The position numbers and the translations under genes are program-made. A DNA stretch of 64,000 nt from Planktomarina sp. (GTDB lineage: Bacteria; Pseudomonadota; Alphaproteobacteria; Rhodobacterales; Rhodobacteraceae), in assembly GCA_020629235.1 (NCBI GenBank), contig JAHDDS010000004.1:1794-65793 (forward strand), written 5' to 3'. The notes below the pieces were generated by a model. It was not told where the DNA came from, did not search any database, and worked only from the letters and a program-made list of their open reading frames with translations. This document shows positions 11,176-21,605 of the stretch, one piece after another; the first letter of the stretch is position 1; the number at the start of each line of letters is the position of its first letter.

Positions 11176-13431
11176 ATGACCAAAACAAAGTTCACCAAAG
11201 AAGACGCGCTTGCTTTTCATTTGGAACCCACCCCCGGAAAGTTTGAGATTACGGCCACAGTGCCCATGGCCACCCAACGCGATCTGTCCCTGGCCTATTC
11301 GCCGGGTGTGGCGGTGCCATGCGAAGCGATCGCCGAAAACCCGGAAACCGCCTATGACTATACCAACAAAGGAAACCTGGTGGCGGTGATTTCCAACGGG
11401 ACAGCCGTTCTGGGCTTGGGCAATCTGGGTGCGCTGGGCAGCAAACCGGTGATGGAAGGGAAGTCCGTCCTGTTCAAACGGTTTGCTGACGTCAATTCCA
11501 TCGACATCGAATTGGACACCGAAGATCCCGACGCGTTTTGCAACGCGGTGAAATTGATGGGCCCCACCTTCGGGGGCGTCAACTTGGAAGATATCAAAGC
11601 GCCAGAATGTTTCATCATCGAACAGCGGCTGAAAGAGGAAATGGACATCCCGGTGTTCCACGACGATCAGCACGGAACAGCGGTGATTTGCGCGGCAGGA
11701 TTGATAAATGCCCTGACCCTTTCTGGCAAAAAGATAGAAGACGTAAAGATCGTTCTGAACGGGGCGGGTGCCGCGGGCATTGCCTGCATCGAATTGATTA
11801 AGGCCATGGGCGCCAAGCACAACAACTGCATCGTGTGCGACACCAAGGGCGTGATTTATCAGGGCCGCACAGAAGGCATGAACCAGTGGAAGTCGGCCCA
11901 CGCCATCAAAACGGACTTGCGCAGTCTGGAAGACGCCATGGATGGGGCTGATGTGTTTATCGGCGTGTCTGTCAAAGGGGCTTTGACCCAAGAAATGCTG
12001 TCCAACATGGCGGATAACCCTGTAATTTTTGCCATGGCAAACCCTGACCCAGAGATTACCCCCGAAGACGCGCACGAGGTTCGGCCCGATGCCATCGTTG
12101 CCACAGGCCGGTCTGATTACCCGAACCAAATCAACAACGTTTTGTGCTTCCCGTATCTGTTTCGCGGGGCGCTGGATATTCATGCCCGTGCCATTAACGA
12201 TGAAATGAAAATCGTTTGCGCCCGGGCGTTGGCCGACCTGGCCCGTGAACCTGTGCCGGACGAAGTGGCCGTTGCCTATGGCAAGAAGTTGTCGTTCGGC
12301 CGCGACTATATCATTCCCACGCCTTTTGATCCCCGGCTGATCTATTCCATTCCGCCGGCTGTGGCGAAGGCGGGTATGGAAACCGGTGTTGCCCGTCGGC
12401 CCATCGTGGATATGGACGGATATGTGCTGTCTTTGCGCGGTCGTATGGACCCAACAGCCAGTATCACCCAAGGCATCCATGCCCGCGCAAGAAAAGCGCA
12501 AGCCCGCATGATTTTTGCAGAAGGTGATGACCTGCGCGTTTTGCGGGCTGCGGTGTCTTATCAGCGCCAGGGATATGGCACGGCAATCGTTGTGGGCCGG
12601 GAAGCGGACGTGAAAGCCAAACTGGAAGCGAACGGCATGGGCGACGCCTATCGCGAGATAGAGATTACAAACGCCGCCAAAACCACCCATTTAGACACTT
12701 ACAAAGACTTTCTGTATCAACGCCTGAACAGAAAGGGCTTTGATCAGTCCGACATTCACCGTTTGGCCGCACGTGACCGCCACGTGTTTAGTGCGTTGAT
12801 GCTTGCCCATGGCCACGGGGATGGCTTGATCACGGGCGTGACCCGCAAATCCGCCCATGTGCTTCAGCTGATCAGCCATGTCTACGATGTGGGCCCCCAT
12901 GATGGCGCTGTGGGTGTGACGGCCGTTTCGGCCCGGGGGCGTATTATTCTGATCGCAGATACCCTGGTTCATGAATGGCCCAACGAAAACGATTTGGCGG
13001 ACATTGCAGAACGGGGGGCGGGAATTGCGCGCACCTTGGGGCTTGAACCGCGTGTTGCTTTCGTCAGCTTTTCCACCTTTGGGTACCCGGTTTCGGAACG
13101 GGCGGAAAAGATGCACATCGCGCCGGGTATTTTGGCGGAGCGCGGTGTTGATTTTGAATTCGAAGGTGAAATGGCGGTGGACGTGGCGTTGAACCCAGAA
13201 GTGATGGCGCGCTATCCATTTTCGCGCCTGACGGGTCCGGCGAATGTCTTGGTGGTGCCGGCGCGCCATTCGGCATCGATTTCTGTGAAACTGCTTCAAG
13301 AAATGGGCGGTGCCACCGTAATTGGGCCGATTTTGACTGGGATCGATCGCCCAATTCAAATCTGTTCCAACGCGTCTTCGGTGACGGATATTCTGAATAT
13401 GGCCGCAATCGCGGCCTGCGACATCAGATGA
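11176..13431 (+). CDS. maeB: NADP-dependent malic enzyme with C-terminal phosphotransacetylase-like domain
   Basis: DLSLAYSPGVA, NLEDIKAPECF, FHDDQHGTA, GAGAAG, ATGRSDYPNQINN; PTA-like C-terminal half. Confidence 0.95.
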   Translation: MTKTKFTKEDALAFHLEPTPGKFEITATVPMATQRDLSLAYSPGVAVPCEAIAENPETAYDYTNKGNLVAVISNGTAVLGLGNLGALGSKPVMEGKSVLFKRFADVNSIDIELDTEDPDAFCNAVKLMGPTFGGVNLEDIKAPECFIIEQRLKEEMDIPVFHDDQHGTAVICAAGLINALTLSGKKIEDVKIVLNGAGAAGIACIELIKAMGAKHNNCIVCDTKGVIYQGRTEGMNQWKSAHAIKTDLRSLEDAMDGADVFIGVSVKGALTQEMLSNMADNPVIFAMANPDPEITPEDAHEVRPDAIVATGRSDYPNQINNVLCFPYLFRGALDIHARAINDEMKIVCARALADLAREPVPDEVAVAYGKKLSFGRDYIIPTPFDPRLIYSIPPAVAKAGMETGVARRPIVDMDGYVLSLRGRMDPTASITQGIHARARKAQARMIFAEGDDLRVLRAAVSYQRQGYGTAIVVGREADVKAKLEANGMGDAYREIEITNAAKTTHLDTYKDFLYQRLNRKGFDQSDIHRLAARDRHVFSALMLAHGHGDGLITGVTRKSAHVLQLISHVYDVGPHDGAVGVTAVSARGRIILIADTLVHEWPNENDLADIAERGAGIARTLGLEPRVAFVSFSTFGYPVSERAEKMHIAPGILAERGVDFEFEGEMAVDVALNPEVMARYPFSRLTGPANVLVVPARHSASISVKLLQEMGGATVIGPILTGIDRPIQICSNASSVTDILNMAAIAACDIR

Positions 13432-14297
13432 AAATCTTCAACGTAGGCTCTGTTAACGCAGATTTCTTCTATGCCGTGCCACATCTTCCCAGGCCTGGGG
13501 AAACTGTCGCCGCCGGGTCAATGTCACGGGGTTTGGGTGGCAAGGGTGCAAATCAGTCTGTGGCCATCGCCAAGGCTGGCTTGCCCGTTCATCACATCGG
13601 TGCGGTGGGCGCGGATGGCCAATGGATGTTGGATGCACTGTCGGGCTTTGGCGTGGACGTTTCTGCGATTTGCCAGGTGGACGGGCCGTCGGGCCACGCG
13701 ATTATCAATGTGTCCGAAGACGGCGAAAATGAAATTGTTCTTATGCCTGGAAGCAATCGGGCGGTGCCGCTGGACCATATCAAATCCAGCCTTGATGATA
13801 TCACGCCGGATGACTGGTTGATTTTGCAGAACGAGGTTAACGGAACCAGGCTTGCTGCAGAACATGCCAAGGCGGCAGGGGCGAAGGTGGTTTATTCTGC
13901 AGCGCCGTTCGATGTTGGGGCGATTTGCGAAATGCTGCCCTTCATCGATGTGCTTGCCGTGAATGAAGGTGAAGCAAAGGCCATGTACGCGGCCCTTGGG
14001 TCGACCAAATCTGCCGAATTAGAGTCTGTTTCTGTGCTGAAAACGCTGGGGTCTGACGGTGCGGAATTCCTTCACCAAGGCACTGCCCACCGTGTTGACG
14101 GGCGCAACGTTCAGGCCGTTGATACAACGGCCGCCGGGGACACATTCTTGGGGTATTTCATTTCGGCATATGCCCAGGGGCAACCCATTGAAGAATGTTT
14201 GACGTTGGCCAATGGCGCAGCCGCGTTGAAAGTCACGCGCCCAGGCACAGCCGACGCGATTCCCCGATTGTCAGAAGTTTTGGCCTTTATTTCTTAA
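13428..14297 (+). CDS. rbsK: Ribokinase (PfkB family)
   Basis: [24 protein letters not shown] PfkB motifs. Confidence 0.85.
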   Translation: MKIFNVGSVNADFFYAVPHLPRPGETVAAGSMSRGLGGKGANQSVAIAKAGLPVHHIGAVGADGQWMLDALSGFGVDVSAICQVDGPSGHAIINVSEDGENEIVLMPGSNRAVPLDHIKSSLDDITPDDWLILQNEVNGTRLAAEHAKAAGAKVVYSAAPFDVGAICEMLPFIDVLAVNEGEAKAMYAALGSTKSAELESVSVLKTLGSDGAEFLHQGTAHRVDGRNVQAVDTTAAGDTFLGYFISAYAQGQPIEECLTLANGAAALKVTRPGTADAIPRLSEVLAFIS

Positions 14298-14919
14298 CGA
14301 ACGGCGCAGCGTCGCCCCACAGCGCTTGTACCCGCGCGTCCCGACCACAGCCTTTGCGATACCGCTTGTAAGCCTCGGCCTTGGTTTTGGGTCCGAACCG
14401 GGTCACGACCACAGTTTTGCTGCGATAGTAATCTTGATGGTACCGTTCGGCCCGGTAAAATTTGCCAGCTTCCAAAATTGGGGTCACGATCTTGCGGCCA
14501 AGGTCCCGCTGTGCGGCGGCTTTGGCTTGCTGGGCGATCTTTGCTTCAGACCCATTGCGGACGAAAACAGCCGTGCGATAGCTGTCGCCGCGATCACAGA
14601 ACTGGCCCCCCGCATCGGTGGGGTCGACAGATCGGAAAAACAGGTCCAGCATTTTGCGATACCCGATCTTGTCGGCGTCATAGGTGATTTTCACCGCCTC
14701 AAAATGCCCTGTGCCGCCACGAACCACTTCTTTGTATGTCGGGTTTTTGGTTGAGCCGCCAATGTATCCTGACACGGCCTTTGATACGCCATCCACGCTT
14801 TCAAAATCTGCCTCAACGCACCAGAAGCAACCGCCCGCGACGATCATGGTTTGAATGTCCCGTGCAACCGAAACTTGGGGTGCCACCAAAAGAAACAGTG
14901 TTGCCAGAATGGGTTTCAT
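14287..14919 (-). CDS. msrA: Peptide-methionine (S)-S-oxide reductase MsrA with signal peptide
   Basis: [35 protein letters not shown]; hydrophobic N-terminal signal; ATG 14919. Confidence 0.92.
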   Translation of the reverse strand: MKPILATLFLLVAPQVSVARDIQTMIVAGGCFWCVEADFESVDGVSKAVSGYIGGSTKNPTYKEVVRGGTGHFEAVKITYDADKIGYRKMLDLFFRSVDPTDAGGQFCDRGDSYRTAVFVRNGSEAKIAQQAKAAAQRDLGRKIVTPILEAGKFYRAERYHQDYYRSKTVVVTRFGPKTKAEAYKRYRKGCGRDARVQALWGDAAPFVKK

Positions 14920-15019
14920 TGCGATCTCCTTGCGTTGCGGGCAGTCTTGTCCGCAGCTTTGGGCGCGGCAAGGGAAACGTGCCCAGATAACGGTTCTTTT
15001 ACTGCAGGGGGTGCGGCGT

Positions 15020-15742
15020 ATGAAAATTGCAATGTGGTCAGGTCCGCGAAATATTTCCACCGCATTGATGTACAGCTTTGGAAACCGGACCGATTGTGCG
15101 ATTCTGGATGAACCGTTTTATGCGGCATATCTTAATGCCACGGGGGCATTGCACCCGATGCGCGAAGATATACTGGCGTCGCAGCCAACTGATCCCGATG
15201 TGGTGGTTGAAACGCTGGTTCACCCGAACCGGGGCAAAAAACCAATCGTTTATCAAAAGCATATGACGCATCATATCTTGCCGGATTATTCCTTAGATTG
15301 GATGAAGACCGTGCGGAATGTGTTCTTGATCCGTGACCCAAGGCGTATCCTTGCAAGCTACCTCAACAAACGCGCGAAGGTTGGTTTTGAAGATCTTGGA
15401 TTCGCTGAACAAATCAGGTTGTTTGAATTTTGCATGGGCGCTGAATTAGACCCTATTGTGCTGGATAGTGACGATTTATTGCGCGATCCTGGTGGTGTTT
15501 TGCGCGCATTGTGCACGGCACTTGGGATAGAATTTCAACGCCAAATGTTGGAATGGCCCAAGGGACCGCGCAAAGAAGATGGCGTTTGGGCCCGGCACTG
15601 GTACGATGCCGTTCACCAATCAACGGAATTCGGTAAGCCGCCGGCAGTGCTTCCGCCCATCCAAAATGATCATCAAAACATCCTGGATCAGGCGTTGCCC
15701 ATTTACGATCAACTTCGCCAGCACGCTTTGCGGGTCAGTTGA
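15020..15742 (+). CDS. Sulfotransferase-fold / P-loop-like protein of unknown function
   Basis: [16 protein letters not shown] (5'-PSB-like), [18 protein letters not shown] (3'-PB-like), GVWARHWY. Confidence 0.7.
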   Translation: MKIAMWSGPRNISTALMYSFGNRTDCAILDEPFYAAYLNATGALHPMREDILASQPTDPDVVVETLVHPNRGKKPIVYQKHMTHHILPDYSLDWMKTVRNVFLIRDPRRILASYLNKRAKVGFEDLGFAEQIRLFEFCMGAELDPIVLDSDDLLRDPGGVLRALCTALGIEFQRQMLEWPKGPRKEDGVWARHWYDAVHQSTEFGKPPAVLPPIQNDHQNILDQALPIYDQLRQHALRVS

Positions 15743-16952
15743 CCCGACGGTTCCGGGCGGCCAACAACTTCAATCGAAGTGCGTTCAGTTGAATAAAGCC
15801 AGCAGCGTCCGTCTGGTCATAAGCCCCGGCGTCTTCTTCAAAAGTCACATGCGCTTCTGAATACAGGGAATGATCGGACCACCGCCCCACGGTGGACACG
15901 CTGCCCTTATAAAGCTTCAAGCGGACAGTTCCGGTGACATGCTTCTGGGAATGATCAATGGCGGCCTGCAACATTTCTCGTTCGGGCGAAAACCAGAAGC
16001 CGTTGTAAATCAATTCGGCATACCGCGGCATCAACTCGTCCTTCAAATGCGCAGCACCGCGGTCCAGTGTGATGGATTCTATGGCGCGGTGGGCTTCCAG
16101 CAGAACGGTTCCCCCGGGGGTTTCATACACCCCCCGCGATTTCATACCGACAAAGCGCCCTTCCACCAGATCAAGACGGCCGACCCCATGGGCCCCACCC
16201 AATTCGTTCAATTTGGTCAGTATCGTTGCTGGCGACATGGCCACACCGTCGATGGACACAGCATCGCCGCTTTCAAACCCAATCTCGATATACTGCGGCG
16301 TGTCGGGCGCGTCTTCAGGGTTGACCGTGCGTTGGTAGACATAGTCGGGCGCTTCCACGGCGGGATCTTCCAACACTTTGCCTTCGGATGACGTGTGCAA
16401 CAGATTTGCGTCCACACTGAAGGGCGCTTCGCCACGTTTGTCTTTTGCAATCGGAATTTGGTTTTGTTCAGCGAAATCGATCAACTTTGTTCGGCTGGTC
16501 AAATCCCATTCCCGCCAGGGCGCGATGACTTTGATATCTGGGTTCAACGCATATGCGGCCAATTCGAACCGCACCTGGTCGTTGCCTTTGCCCGTGGCAC
16601 CGTGGGCCACTGCATCAGCACCTTCCGCTTCAGCAATTTCCACCAAACGCTTGGAAATCAGCGGCCGGGCGATGGATGTTCCCAAAAGATACAGGCCTTC
16701 ATAAACCGCATTTGCTCGGAACATGGGGAACACGAAATCGCGCACAAATTCTTCGCGAATATCTTCGATGTAAATCGCGGATGCGCCCATCATTTCGGCC
16801 TTGGCGCGGGCAGGTTCCAATTCTTCCCCCTGTCCCAAATCAGCGGTGAAGGTCACCACCTCGCAGCCGTATTCCGTTTGCAGCCACTTCAAAATGATAG
16901 AGGTGTCCAAGCCACCAGAATAGGCCAATACGACTTTTTTCGGCGCAGACAT
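15735..16952 (-). CDS. argG: Argininosuccinate synthase
   Basis: [37 protein letters not shown]; ATG 16952. Confidence 0.98.
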   Translation of the reverse strand: MSAPKKVVLAYSGGLDTSIILKWLQTEYGCEVVTFTADLGQGEELEPARAKAEMMGASAIYIEDIREEFVRDFVFPMFRANAVYEGLYLLGTSIARPLISKRLVEIAEAEGADAVAHGATGKGNDQVRFELAAYALNPDIKVIAPWREWDLTSRTKLIDFAEQNQIPIAKDKRGEAPFSVDANLLHTSSEGKVLEDPAVEAPDYVYQRTVNPEDAPDTPQYIEIGFESGDAVSIDGVAMSPATILTKLNELGGAHGVGRLDLVEGRFVGMKSRGVYETPGGTVLLEAHRAIESITLDRGAAHLKDELMPRYAELIYNGFWFSPEREMLQAAIDHSQKHVTGTVRLKLYKGSVSTVGRWSDHSLYSEAHVTFEEDAGAYDQTDAAGFIQLNALRLKLLAARNRRVN

Positions 16953-17027
16953 TGCGACCCCCAAATTTGGAAAACTGCCGCGCGATACCGGGTTTTGACT
17001 TCCGTCGCAACCACGGTAAAGAGACGC

Positions 17028-18263
17028 ATGACCTCTTACGCCGAAAAAGCTGCCCTTGCTGAAAAACGCATGCGGGAATTGTTCCCCGCCACACCGTTGC
17101 AACGCAATGACCATTTGTCGAAAATATACGACGCAGAAATTTGGCTGAAGCGTGAAGATCTGTCGCCGGTTCGGTCCTACAAACTGCGCGGCGCTTACAA
17201 TGCCATGGGCAAGCAGATGGACAAGTCTGTTTTCGTTTGCGCCAGTGCGGGCAACCACGCGCAGGGTGTCGCCTTTGTGTGTCGGCAAATGGACAAAAAA
17301 GGCGTGATTTTCATGCCGGTGACCACCCCCGAACAGAAGATCAACAAGACACGGGTCTTTGGCGGGGAAAATGTGGATATTCGCCTTGTTGGTGACTATT
17401 TCGACGACACTTTGGCGGCGGCGCAGGCCTATTGTTCCCAGGTGGATGGGCATTTTTTGTCCCCGTTCGACGACCCCGATGTGATGGAAGGACAGGCCAC
17501 GGTCACGCACGAAATCCTGGACCAGTTGCAGGACCCGCCCGACATCGTGGTGGTGCCCGTGGGGGGCGGGGGGTTGTCGTCTTCGACCCGGTTGCTGTTG
17601 TCGGAACTGTCCCCAAAGACGCAAATTTTCTTCGTGGAACCAGAAGGTGGGGCCAGTTTGTTGGCCGCTGTGCGCGCAGGTCAGCCCGTCACAATTGATG
17701 ATGTGGACACCTTCGTTGATGGCGCTGCTGTGGCGCGCATCGGAAAAAACACCTTCGCGGCCTTGAAGGGTGCCGATGAAGACCATGTTTTGGTGGTCGC
17801 TGAAGATCGCCTGTGCACAACGATTTTAGATATGCTGAACAACGAAGGTATCGTTCTGGAACCGGCTGGCGCTTTGGCTTTGGATGCTTTGAAAGACATT
17901 TCCGATATCGTGCGGGGCAAACGGGTGGTGTGCGTGTCTTCGGGCGGCAATTTCGATTTTGAGCGACTGCCCGAGGTGAAGGAACGCGCACAAAGATTCG
18001 CTGGGCTAAAGAAGTATTTCATGCTGCGACTGCCCCAACGCCCCGGCGCGTTGCGGGAATTTTTGGGTCTTTTGGGGCCGGATGATGATGTGACGCGATT
18101 TGAATATTTGAAGAAGTCAGCGCGAAACTTCGGGACCATACTGTTGGGGATCGAAACGACCGATGCCGCCAACTTTGGTCCTTTGATCCACCAGGCCGAA
18201 TCCGTGGGTATGAAATTGACGGATATCACCGACGACGAAACCATCGTGGACTTAATCATCTGA
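17028..18263 (+). CDS. ilvA: Threonine ammonia-lyase IlvA
   Basis: [19 protein letters not shown] lysine, [30 protein letters not shown] domain. Confidence 0.96.
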   Translation: MTSYAEKAALAEKRMRELFPATPLQRNDHLSKIYDAEIWLKREDLSPVRSYKLRGAYNAMGKQMDKSVFVCASAGNHAQGVAFVCRQMDKKGVIFMPVTTPEQKINKTRVFGGENVDIRLVGDYFDDTLAAAQAYCSQVDGHFLSPFDDPDVMEGQATVTHEILDQLQDPPDIVVVPVGGGGLSSSTRLLLSELSPKTQIFFVEPEGGASLLAAVRAGQPVTIDDVDTFVDGAAVARIGKNTFAALKGADEDHVLVVAEDRLCTTILDMLNNEGIVLEPAGALALDALKDISDIVRGKRVVCVSSGGNFDFERLPEVKERAQRFAGLKKYFMLRLPQRPGALREFLGLLGPDDDVTRFEYLKKSARNFGTILLGIETTDAANFGPLIHQAESVGMKLTDITDDETIVDLII

Positions 18264-18333
18264 TCTTTGGATCATTTGCACATCGTTAAGATTATCACTC
18301 TATCCCTTGGGGTGTATTTCTTAAGGATGCGCT

Positions 18334-19560
18334 GTGGCCGTCTCTGAATTGGCATCGTTTGACTGGCTGCCTTTGCAACATGTGAAGCGGGTGTTTCTTG
18401 GGGCCCATGTGCCCGCAGCCCTGGTGCGAACGGTCAAAGCGACGTGGCCGGGTTTGATCGTGTTTGCGGAGGACGCTGACCGAACACGCATTCCCAAGTG
18501 TGATTTAATTGTTTGCACCGAAGACGACCTGGACGAACCAGCGGCAGCAGACCAAGCGCGTCGTGGGGGGGTTAAACTGGTCATTGGGGATTTCGCCGCC
18601 GCCCGTCACTTTGGGGCAGATGCGTGCATACCGCAGCGCTGCCGACCTTCGGATTTTTTGACCCAAATTGCCTTCCTGGATGGAATTGCTGCACGCAAAA
18701 TTGCTGAGGCGCAGAAAACCCAAGGCATTTTGACCAAGCTTCACACGCTGCAGCAAAAATTCGACGCCTTGGACCAAAGCTTGGCCGACGCGGAAAGACT
18801 GCAGGCGGATCTCAGCTCTAAACAGACACAATCGTGGGAAAATGGGGCTTTGACGTTTCGCATCTGGCCCAAAAACGCCATCGGCGGTGACTTGATGGGG
18901 TCCTTCAATGCGGGGCCCGATCACATCGGATTTTTTTCGATTGATGTTGTCGGCCACGGAATCGCATCATCGCTGTTTTGTGCGCGGATCGCTGGCCTGT
19001 TTACCGGTGACACGGCCAATTCAAACATTGCTTTGACCAGCAAACGCGGGGCCGCATCCCCCCGGGACCCGGCCCAAGTCATGGAAAATTTGAACGCCTT
19101 GATGTTTGACCACTTTGAAACCGATTTCTATTTCACCGCCTGTCTTGGCTTTATTCACCGCGCGCACAACATGGTCACGCTGTGCCAAGCGGGCCAGACC
19201 CACCCGATTCTGTTCGGCAAAAACACCCAGGCCCAATCGCTGCCGTGGAATGGGCTTCCGGTGGGTCTTGTCCCCGGCGCTGATTTTGAAAACAGGCGCT
19301 TGGTGGCAAGGCCCGGGGACCGTTTGATGATTTATTCAGACGGGATTTCCGAGTGTCAAAATCACCGTGGCGATCAATATGGTGACGGGCCTTTGGCAGA
19401 ATTTCTGCAAAACTCACAAGGTCAAGGCGCAGAGGATGTGTTGCGCCAGTTGCACCAAGACGCAAAGCGACACGGATCACTGACGGACGACGCTTGTGCC
19501 ATGGTGATTGATTTTACAGGCCCGCGAAATCCCGCAACGCTTGGCAATCCCCTGGATTAG
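18334..19560 (+). CDS. PP2C/SpoIIE-family Ser/Thr phosphatase (RsbU/RbaY-like) with degenerate N-terminal receiver-like domain
   Basis: IGGD, IDVVGHG, YFTA, QAGQTHP, PVGL, YSDGISE, TDDA PP2C motifs; coiled-coil linker. Confidence 0.85.
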   Translation: MAVSELASFDWLPLQHVKRVFLGAHVPAALVRTVKATWPGLIVFAEDADRTRIPKCDLIVCTEDDLDEPAAADQARRGGVKLVIGDFAAARHFGADACIPQRCRPSDFLTQIAFLDGIAARKIAEAQKTQGILTKLHTLQQKFDALDQSLADAERLQADLSSKQTQSWENGALTFRIWPKNAIGGDLMGSFNAGPDHIGFFSIDVVGHGIASSLFCARIAGLFTGDTANSNIALTSKRGAASPRDPAQVMENLNALMFDHFETDFYFTACLGFIHRAHNMVTLCQAGQTHPILFGKNTQAQSLPWNGLPVGLVPGADFENRRLVARPGDRLMIYSDGISECQNHRGDQYGDGPLAEFLQNSQGQGAEDVLRQLHQDAKRHGSLTDDACAMVIDFTGPRNPATLGNPLD

Positions 19561-19957
19561 CCAGCAGACCGCATGCAGTTTCCATTTCTTGCCAGTCCGC
19601 TGTGTGTTCGGATTCCAATGGGTCGGATTGGGGCATCATCGGGCGGGCGATGAAAATGGAACACAGTTTTTCGGCGAACATTCTGTATTCTGGCATATAG
19701 GTGAAGCGCCGAAACCTGCGAAACAGCCGCGGGCGGCCAATGGACCAGCCGGTTTCTTCCAGAACTTCCCTGTGCAGGGCCTGAATTGGGTGTTCCCCCG
19801 GATCGATGCCCCCGCCAGGCAACTGAAACTCCTGGTGAATGCCGCTTTGAAACGTTAAGAGGACGCGGTTTTCCAAGGGAAGTATCGCATAAACGCCGGG
19901 CCGCCTTATATAGCGAACGCCAGGGGTTGGCGGTGATCCAAAGGTGGGTATCTTCAT
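19514..19957 (-). CDS. NUDIX hydrolase
   Basis: PGGGIDPGEHPIQALHREVLEETG Nudix box; start approximate. Confidence 0.88.
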   Translation of the reverse strand: MKIPTFGSPPTPGVRYIRRPGVYAILPLENRVLLTFQSGIHQEFQLPGGGIDPGEHPIQALHREVLEETGWSIGRPRLFRRFRRFTYMPEYRMFAEKLCSIFIARPMMPQSDPLESEHTADWQEMETACGLLANPGDCQALRDFAGL

Positions 19958-20020
19958 GGCTTCCTCTGAAAGACGGCGCATTTCACGTATGCCGCGTGGA
20001 TAAGGCAAAAGGAACCGGGC

Positions 20021-21007
20021 ATGACAGTCGAAACTTTGAAAACCTGGGATGACGCCGTTCTTCCCTTTCAACTGGACAATGCAGATATTCGCGGCCGGAT
20101 TGCCCGATTGGACCGGGTGCTGGACCAGGTTCTGCAGCAGCATGATTATCCGGCTGTTGTGGAAAATCTTGTGGCGGAAATGGCGGTTCTGACGGCCTTG
20201 ATCGGGCAAACCATCAAGGTGCGTTGGAAGCTTTCTTTGCAGGTGCGTGGGTCTGGTCCCATTCGAATTATTGCCACGGATTACTATGGGCCCCAAGAAG
20301 ACGGTGGGGATGCCCGCATTCGTGGATACGCCAGTTTCGACAAAGACGCTTTGGATGAAAATGGCCCAGGATTTGCGCAGATCGGCAAAGGGTATTTCGC
20401 AATTCTGATCGATCAGGGCCAGGATATGACGCCATATCAAGGCATCACACCCATCGCAGGCGGGTCACTTTCTGCCTGTGCAGAGACTTATTTTGCCCAG
20501 TCTGAACAACTGCCCACACGATTTGCCATGGCTTTTGGCAAGTCGACCGAACCCGGCCAAACAGAAAGTTGGCGGGCGGGCGGCGTCATGCTTCAACACA
20601 TGCCGAAAGCATCGCCCCATGTGGCGCAAGACGGGGGGTCCAACGAAGGCGGTGTTCTGGCCGCGGGCGATCTGTTGTCTGGCGAAGACGAAGAAAATTG
20701 GAAACGCGCCAACATTCTTTTGAACACGGTAGAGGAATTGGAACTGGTGGGTCCATCTGTGTCGCAGACAGACCTTCTGGTGCGCTTGTTTCACGACGAA
20801 GATCCCAAGGTGCAGCCACAGCAAAAAGTCGTATTCGGGTGCACGTGTTCGGAACAAAAAGTGCGGGACAGCCTGTCCATTTATTCCAGCAAAGAAATTG
20901 GCCACATGACAACGCCCGAAGGGACTGTCACCGCCGATTGCCAGTTTTGCGGCGCGCATTACGTGATGGACCCAAACACCCTTGGTTTCGAAAATGGAGA
21001 CGTTTAA
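20021..21007 (+). CDS. hslO: Hsp33 redox-regulated chaperone
   Basis: YFAQSEQLPT, AGGVMLQ, CTCS...CQFC zinc motif. Confidence 0.95.
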   Translation: MTVETLKTWDDAVLPFQLDNADIRGRIARLDRVLDQVLQQHDYPAVVENLVAEMAVLTALIGQTIKVRWKLSLQVRGSGPIRIIATDYYGPQEDGGDARIRGYASFDKDALDENGPGFAQIGKGYFAILIDQGQDMTPYQGITPIAGGSLSACAETYFAQSEQLPTRFAMAFGKSTEPGQTESWRAGGVMLQHMPKASPHVAQDGGSNEGGVLAAGDLLSGEDEENWKRANILLNTVEELELVGPSVSQTDLLVRLFHDEDPKVQPQQKVVFGCTCSEQKVRDSLSIYSSKEIGHMTTPEGTVTADCQFCGAHYVMDPNTLGFENGDV

Positions 21008-21605
21008 ATCCCGTCTCTCTGCGGCCCTTAAGGCGCCCATGGGCAACACTTCGGATTTCGATCTGAATGCGGACATTCCCAAAGCGCCCAAAGCGTCAAC
21101 AGAAGCTGCAGTTTTGGTGGCCTTTTATTCTGCGCCGGACGGACCCCGCCTGGTGTTGACCAAACGATCATCCACCTTGAAAGCGCACCCAGGGCAGGTG
21201 GCGTTCCCGGGGGGGAAGCGGGACTTGGGCGACAAGACTTTGCAGGCCACAGCGTTGCGCGAAGCACATGAAGAAATAGGCTTGCCGCCGTCCCAAGTGG
21301 ACATTTTGGGGCAGTTGCCCAACCACACGACCGTTACCGGTTTTGACGTGACCCCCATCGTTGGGTGGGTGACGGGCGCTTGGACACCATCCCTTAATCC
21401 GGCAGAGGTGTCAGAACTGTTTTCAGTGCCAGCCGATTTGGTGACGGCACGTCGGAATTTCCGCGTGGAATCTCGGCAGTGGGCAGGGCAGGCGCGATTT
21501 TACTATACGGTGCCTTACGGTCCTTATTACATTTGGGGCGCATCGGCCCGTATGCTGCGGGCTTTGGCAGACGCCATTGGTGAAGAACATGAAGGTTCAC
21601 GCTGA
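20994..21605 (+). CDS. CoA pyrophosphatase (NudL-like Nudix)
   Basis: AAVL, LTKRSSTLKAHPGQVAFPGG, ALREAHEEIG, IWGASA. Confidence 0.9.
   Translation: METFKSRLSAALKAPMGNTSDFDLNADIPKAPKASTEAAVLVAFYSAPDGPRLVLTKRSSTLKAHPGQVAFPGGKRDLGDKTLQATALREAHEEIGLPPSQVDILGQLPNHTTVTGFDVTPIVGWVTGAWTPSLNPAEVSELFSVPADLVTARRNFRVESRQWAGQARFYYTVPYGPYYIWGASARMLRALADAIGEEHEGSR

Noticed and set aside
15735-18263. Apparent long N-terminal extensions and overlap of the argG and ilvA ORFs (also rph/hrcA, NUDIX/hslO, alkB/dnaK)
   Set aside because: Artefacts of taking the most upstream start; family motifs begin at downstream starts, leaving ordinary short divergent spacers.
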